From: Chrysomallon squamiferum | Lineage: Eukaryota; Animalia; Mollusca | Length of the DNA stretch: 64,000 nt | NCBI GenBank assembly: GCA_012295275.1 | Contig: CM022675.1 | Coordinates: forward strand, 10,478,001-10,542,000 | Direction of reading: 5' to 3' | Shown: positions 57,475 through 64,000 of the stretch, piece by piece | Layout: each line of letters opens with the position of its first letter | Position numbering within the stretch: the first letter of the stretch is position 1 | Position numbers and translations under genes: made by a program | The notes under the pieces: generated by a model | What the model was told of the DNA's origin: nothing | The model's input: the letters and a program-made list of their open reading frames with translations, nothing else | Databases searched by the model: none

Positions 57475-57577
57475 CAATAATAATGATGATGATAATAATA
57501 ATAAAGATAATGATAATAATAATAATAATAAAGATAATAATAATAATAAGAATAATAACATTAATAATAATAATAAC

Positions 57578-57639
<62 letters not shown>

Positions 57640-57760
57640 GATAACAATAACAATAATCCTAAATCTAATAAATAAACAAGAGGAATGATTAGAACGTTAA
57701 TAAACACAATTAACAATTGTAAATAAGGTAAAAACAACAACAAATAATTCGAACACTTAC

Positions 57761-58322
57761 CTGGTTTGTTGGGATTTCTCTTGATGGTCATCCAACGAAA
57801 CGGCTTCCCTCCCCCCGAGTTCTGCTGACCACACTGCTCGGACTTGAGCGGCGCCCCGCCACTCGTCTGGTGCAGGTAGGACACGCCCGTGGACGGCACC
57901 CCGTGGTGACGCAACTGCTCCACCCCGTTGCCGCCGCCGTACCCAGCCCTCCCCCCTAACTCAACACAACCCCCTCCGTTGGCCGTCCCGTTCGGCATGT
58001 AACAGTCCGCCACGGCGGGGGGCACGGACAAGTCCCCGACCCCCAGCGCGTACCCTCCTCCTCCACCTCCATGCCTCGCCCCTCGGGCCAAAACGCCGGA
58101 CGACACCGGGTAAGAGAGAGCCTGGGCGTTGCCCAGGGACAGGTCCCCGCCCGCGAGCGACGTGAGAGAGGGGTCGGGGTAGTAGTTCTGTCCCGTGTCC
58201 AAAGTCCTGCTGTTGAGGTTGGCGAATCCGTATATGCTGGCTGGAACGTCCGAGTTGGCGAAACCGTTCGCGTACGAGTGTGAGTCGAGATTGCACAGTG
58301 TGTAATCATTCTCCCCGTTCAT
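57761..58322 (-). CDS. Hox1: Hox1/labial coding exon A (N-terminus plus hexapeptide), 187 codons + 1 nt
   Basis: GC-rich ORF from the ATG at 58322 (context GAAATTATGA). The start MNGENDYTLCN resembles the Hox1 start MNSFLEYPLCN of HOXB1. The exon ends KPFRWMTIKRNPNKP, a labial-type hexapeptide followed by KRNP. A canonical donor CAG|GTAAGT follows at 57761/57760 (phase 1). Confidence 0.92.
57789..57803 (-). other. Hexapeptide (PBC-interaction motif) PFRWM
   Basis: F-x-W-M followed by TIKRNP just before the donor, as in Hox1 proteins (TFDWMKVKRNP). Confidence 0.85.
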
Positions 58323-58392
58323 AATTTCGCTCTCCTTTCTCTCCGGCTTGTCAATGGGGGTGCACAAATTAGCTGTCGATGGCGAGATAAAT

Positions 58393-58545
58393 CTGAAATA
58401 AATGAAGGTAAATTACGCTCGGAAAAATGACAGGATTACCGAGCTTTTTCGAGGCTGTCACGTGACGCGCAGCTCGACCAATGGGACGCCAGCAGCGCTG
58501 GAGGGTGGAAGAAATGTTTTCTCGTTTGATAGATGACGTCGTCTT
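58393..58545 (-). promoter_or_regulatory. Putative Hox1 proximal promoter
   Basis: Palindromic USF/TFE E-box GTCACGTGAC (58457-58466) overlaps a Meis-type CTGTCA (58455-58460). There is a CCAAT box at 58478-58482, a CRE-like TGACGTC near 58534 and an Inr-like TCATTT on the minus strand near 58400. The region is CpG-rich and lies 70-220 bp upstream of the ATG. Confidence 0.55.
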
Positions 58546-58654
58546 AAAGGAGAGAGAGAGAGAGTTAGAGAGAGAGTTAGAAAGAGAGAGAGAAATTTGT
58601 TTCGTTTTGTGTTACAGGAAAACGAGAACAACATCCGATTTGTGTCGTCGTACT

Positions 58655-58694
<40 letters not shown>

Positions 58695-59302
58695 AAAGAA
58701 GCTAAAAAAAAAAAAAGAATAATTTGTATAATAATTATCATTTCGTCGAGTGAACTGTGGGATTGTGTGTGTTTGAGAAGGTGTATTATCTGAGGAGATA
58801 ACGGTACGTCTAATTGTGTTTCCATGGCGATTCGTAAACCAGGTTTCAGCGGTCCTCTGTTTGTGAGGTAATTACAGTTCTTGTGCACCGCTGTGAATAA
58901 CTAGAAGCATGGCGAAAATGAATGAATGGTCTCTGCAGAGAGATTTTAACATGTTCTTATATAACCATGTATTCTGTTTAATTATGATGATGATGATGAT
59001 GATAATATAATAATAATAATAATAATAATAATACTGATGATAATAATAATAATAATAATAATGATGATGATGATGATGTGATGATAAGCAATCATGGTAA
59101 TAGTATGACTTCTTGGTAATAATAATATTATGCAATAATAACTACAACATTATGATCGCCGGCAACCACCAACATTAATAATAACAGTAAAATAAATAAT
59201 AATAATAACAAAACTGCCACTAGTAATATGATAATAAATTTGATGATGACGATAATAACAATTATGATATTAATATGATTTCATAGTAATACAAGTGTTA
59301 TG

Positions 59303-59354
<52 letters not shown>

Positions 59355-60040
59355 CTACAACAACAACTGCAAGAGCAACAACAGCAGTAAGAACAATAAC
59401 AACAACACAACCAGGATAGTAATAACAATAAAATAAATAATAAATATTCTAATACTAATATTAAAATACTGCTATGAAAAATAATACAGTAATAATGATG
59501 ATGATGATATTGCTAATAATATTACTACTAAAACTAACTACTACTACTACTATATTTATAATTTTGATGATAGTAATGATATTGTGTAAATATGATGTAT
59601 AATTATGATAATGATTAGATATTTATATTAATATCGATGATGATTAAGATGATATATAAAAATCCTGAAATGTAAGTTATTAATATCAGGATAAAGTAAT
59701 GAATTATAGTGAAGCAACAATAACAACAACAACAACTAATACTACTAGTACTATTGTTGTAGTAGTAGTAGTAGAAGTAGCAATAATAATGATACAAATA
59801 AATTTTGTAGGAATCTTTCTTGAGGTAATAACATTATTAATAAAATAACTATAGTTTTACAGTTATTATAGTGCAAGTGATGATGTTATATAAAATAGAT
59901 AAAATGCTGATTTCAAAGTAATGGTAATGGATAATTAGAGGCGAATAATAGTAATAATAATGATGATGATGATGATGGTGTTAATATAACAGTGTAAGTA
60001 GTAGTAGTAACAGTAGAATAGGAGAAGTAGTAAACATGGA

Positions 60041-60088
<48 letters not shown>

Positions 60089-60344
60089 TAATAATAATAA
60101 GAACAATAAGAATGATGATGATGATAACAGTAAAAAAACAATAAAAACCCCAAAAACAAAACAAACAAAGAAACAAATAAATAAAAATAAAAATAAACAA
60201 ATAGCAAAAAAAACCTACCAGTGATAACTCTAAAACAATCATAAAACAAAATACTACTGTTACTGTAATAATAATAACAAAAATAACAACATCAGTAGCA
60301 GTAACAACAACAACAACAACAGTAGCAACAACAACAACGACAGC

Positions 60345-60390
<46 letters not shown>

Positions 60391-60628
60391 TCATCATCAT
60401 CATTATCAAGTCAAAATTTGTTAAATGAAGTACATACTAACTAAAATATACATATTTATATAATATCACACTTATATTACACACTTACACTAATATTGCT
60501 GTATAAATACATTTGTTACTGCACAATGTATAACCTGTGTGTATCACACAGACGTACTAAAACAACAACAGTTCTTAGTTAAAACAAAAACAATATTATT
60601 ATAATTATTATTACTAATTCTTACTCAC

Positions 60629-60681
60629 CGATCCGCTAAGCACAGCATGTCGCAGTTTCGACTGTTAAACGCAGAACTCAT
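60629..60681 (-). CDS. Hypothetical upstream coding exon (MSSAFNSRNCDMLCLAD-) splicing in frame to 58392
   Basis: ATG at 60681 in AAAC-ATG context, donor TCG|GTGAGT at 60629/60628, and acceptor TTTACCTTCATTTATTTCAG at 58394/58393. 53+70 nt gives 41 codons with no stop, in frame with ATG 58322. No transcript evidence. Confidence 0.3.
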
Positions 60682-60876
60682 GTTTTCAAGCGACAATAAG
60701 ACGCACAACGCGACACACTCGGCGAAACACACATTAATTTATAATCCTCCTCGGAAAACACAAACGTAACTTTGTGTCGAGCTTTGCGTGGAAACCAGCG
60801 ACAAACGTTTTAACCAAAACATCACCTCCCGCGGCCATAAAAAAACAAAAAATAAAAAAATACAAGGAAGTCGGAT

Positions 60877-60912
<36 letters not shown>

Positions 60913-61528
60913 TTGTTGAATAATCTTTTCTTTTCTTGTTTCTATTCTCTCTCAGTACTTCTGACTTTAAAGACTTCACCAATAGTCCTCAAATGGAGCG
61001 CTTAAGAGTTCATTAAGAATACCCGATGACAATTAATGTCCCATTTAAAGCCGTTCATGGTTTATGACATCGTTACCGCAGGCATTGCCCTCGGAGTAGT
61101 CTGTCTGTGTGTGTTTGTGTGTGAGGACGGCGTGGAAGAGAGGAAGAAAAACGCCAGCGCAGTTGTTATGTCACCGTACCAGGAACACACCTTGTAAAGA
61201 ACGTCGTCGTTTTTTTTTTTTATTTTTTTTTTTTTTACGTCCGTAGTAATGTTTGTTCGTCTGTGCGAGCGTATTTCTGTCTGCGTTGCTGTTTGAAACT
61301 GGAACTCGCGTCTCGAGCCAGTTAACAACTGAAAAAATAAACGACCATTTTTATTGGTCAGGAAAAACAAGGACTCGGACTGTTTGAAATTTCCGTTGTA
61401 CCGCTTTGATGAATGAGCCTCGTAATAGACGAGTAGGTCCTTTCATCCACAGATTAGTTAGATAAACAGTAAGATGTTGAAATAATAATAACAATAACAA
61501 TAACAGTAAATAATAATAATAAACCATG

Positions 61529-61584
<56 letters not shown>

Positions 61585-61909
61585 AACAGACAAAGCGAAA
61601 GGTAACTGCAAAATTATTTTTAAACGGCGAAAAACTGTTCAGGCCTATTCTGGCTCCATTGGCTTCGATTTTTTTTTTTTTTTTTTTTTTTTTTTTCTTT
61701 TCAGCGGAATAAACCCATTCACGAAGCCAGTCAGGTTTGAGTAACATGATAGCAAGAAGTAAATATTTTTGACATTTATGAGTAGCCTAGCAAGAAATGT
61801 AATCTGTCTAAAAACAGACTTGAAACCGCAGATACAGAACCAGTCTTCCGGAAAATATCATCTCATAAATACTGGGCAGAATTTAGTCATGATGATGATG
61901 ATGATGTTG

Positions 61910-61967
<58 letters not shown>

Positions 61968-62026
61968 GATTATTATTATTACAGCTGTTACAATGTTTTT
62001 GAAATTGCTATTATTGTTGTTATTAC

Positions 62027-62069
<43 letters not shown>

Positions 62070-62206
62070 ATTATAATTATTATTATTATTATTATTATTA
62101 ATATTATTATTATTGTTGTTGTTTTTGTTATTATTTAATTGTTATTATTATTATTAATATTAATTATGCTGTTGGTGTGTCTATTATTTTTGCTATTATT
62201 GTTTTT

Positions 62207-62263
<57 letters not shown>

Positions 62264-62359
62264 TGTAATTATGAGGAAATTTAATCAACTTATTATTTTT
62301 AAAATAACTGTTTAAAAGTAATACAAGATAATTAAAAAAAATAATAAAGAAAATAAAAA

Positions 62360-62407
<48 letters not shown>

Positions 62408-63134
62408 TAAACTAAAAAAAAAAAAAAAATAATAAATAAAAAAAATTAAATAAAACTACAATAACGTTATCACACAGAAATCTTATCAGACGTAAATGGC
62501 ATCACGCGCTGAGGCAATATTTGAATATGAAACTGATTTCGTCGCGGAAAAGTCGCGTGCGCTTTCCCGCCGTATAACCCCACATTACAGTCGAAGTTAG
62601 CGAGAATAATGGGACCTAATAGCTAATCAGGCAATCGAAAAACACTCGACGAGCGCCAAAAAAAATGAAATTAGTTAAGCGTTTTGCTAAAAAATACATT
62701 TAAAGGGCATCAGGTCTTCAGGCGTTGTTTATATTGAAAATAATCTGGCCAAGTTTTGCGCGGATAAATACGGTATTTCCACTGCAACCACGTCATTTTG
62801 TCACAAACATCGTGTGTGTACAGCCGTTACGGTTCTCGACAAGAAATAGAGAGGGCGGCTTATCCCCCCTAGACTGTCACCTGTCCGTGAGATTTAGATT
62901 TAACCAAAAAAAAAAAAAAAAAAAAAAAGATGTAGACTTGATGGTGGTCATTTTTGAAAAATATTATTTCTGAAATAATCTGGATGTTATTATTTAAAAA
63001 AAAATAAAGAAAATGGAAATTTTTATGATTTGAATTAGAATTGAGAATAAATTGTGAAATAAGAAATTAATGATGATGATAATGATAATAATAATAGTAA
63101 TAAAAACTATAATAACTTTAATAATAATAATAAC

Positions 63135-63171
<37 letters not shown>

Positions 63172-63687
63172 GTAAAATAAACAATAATAATAATAATGAA
63201 AAAGGAATAAGAAATGTAAATTAAAAAAAAAAATTGAGGTATTATATATGTGTGTTATATGTACCTATGTAAATACATTGCATTAGCGCAATATTAATTA
63301 ATTACGTATGTAAATATCATCTTTAATGAAACGAATCAGGGCCTAATCCACTCATATGGGCTTCTAAAATAATAACAATATTTAACAAACAAACGTACAG
63401 AAAAATTTATAATTGTACATTTCTTTGTTTAGTTTTTGTTTATTTAATCATAGGTGATGTTTTTACTTTTTTTTTAAATTCTATTTAACATTGTTACTCG
63501 AATTACAAACCTTTCAGTTTCGTTTGTTTGTTCTTACTTGTATTATTGATTTATTTATCTTCTGTCATCGATACTGGTAATCATTTATTTATTCACGTAT
63601 ATTTGGTTTTTGCTTAATTCTTCATTATTGATATTTTATTTCATTTATTTGGGTATATATGTTTTATTTATAGATTCCCTCCTGAAA

Positions 63688-63752
<65 letters not shown>

Positions 63753-63854
63753 TATTATTATTATTATTATTGCTATTATTATAATTATTTAGCAATTGTC
63801 ACTTCTATTTTTTTAAATTATTTCTTATAGTTTTGTTTCTTTATTTATACCATC

Positions 63855-63904
<50 letters not shown>

Positions 63905-64000
63905 TTTTCCTACCTACTATATATATATATAATCAGTTGTTTATTTAGTTCAATTATAAACCCGTTTTGTAATTTTTATTCAAAAAATAAAAAAATAAAA

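Noticed and set aside
57561-57760. C-terminal poly-Leu part of the 268-aa ORF
   Set aside because: It lies past the canonical donor at 57761 and is intronic (TTA)n read-through.
57956-58309. Alternative-frame and antisense ORFs over exon A
   Set aside because: Expected by-products of a GC-rich coding exon, with no independent features.

Overview
Eukaryotic, AT-rich, microsatellite-saturated genomic DNA. It is animal, and most consistent with a lophotrochozoan or mollusc, plausibly an octopod cephalopod (taxon is inference). The only protein-coding gene I can support is an anterior Hox gene, Hox1/labial, on the minus strand. Coding exon A (58322-57761) carries a conserved MN..DYTLCN N-terminus and a PFRWM hexapeptide. 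Coding exon B (16541-16204) carries the labial homeodomain. They join in phase across a 41,219-bp GT-AG intron to give a 299-aa protein. Almost all other ORFs in the track are translations of simple repeats. The interesting signal is regulatory. A candidate upstream exon would splice in frame and add a 41-aa MSSAFNS- N-terminus. An in-frame alternative acceptor would shorten the hexapeptide-homeodomain linker. The 3' flank holds a cluster of perfect seed sites for miR-10 and other ancient miRNAs. The intron holds CpG-rich islands with Pbx/Meis/Hox, YY1/Pho, CRE and NF-Y motifs, plus several local tandem arrays, one with higher-order structure. No intact transposon, rRNA, intact tRNA or CRISPR feature is visible.
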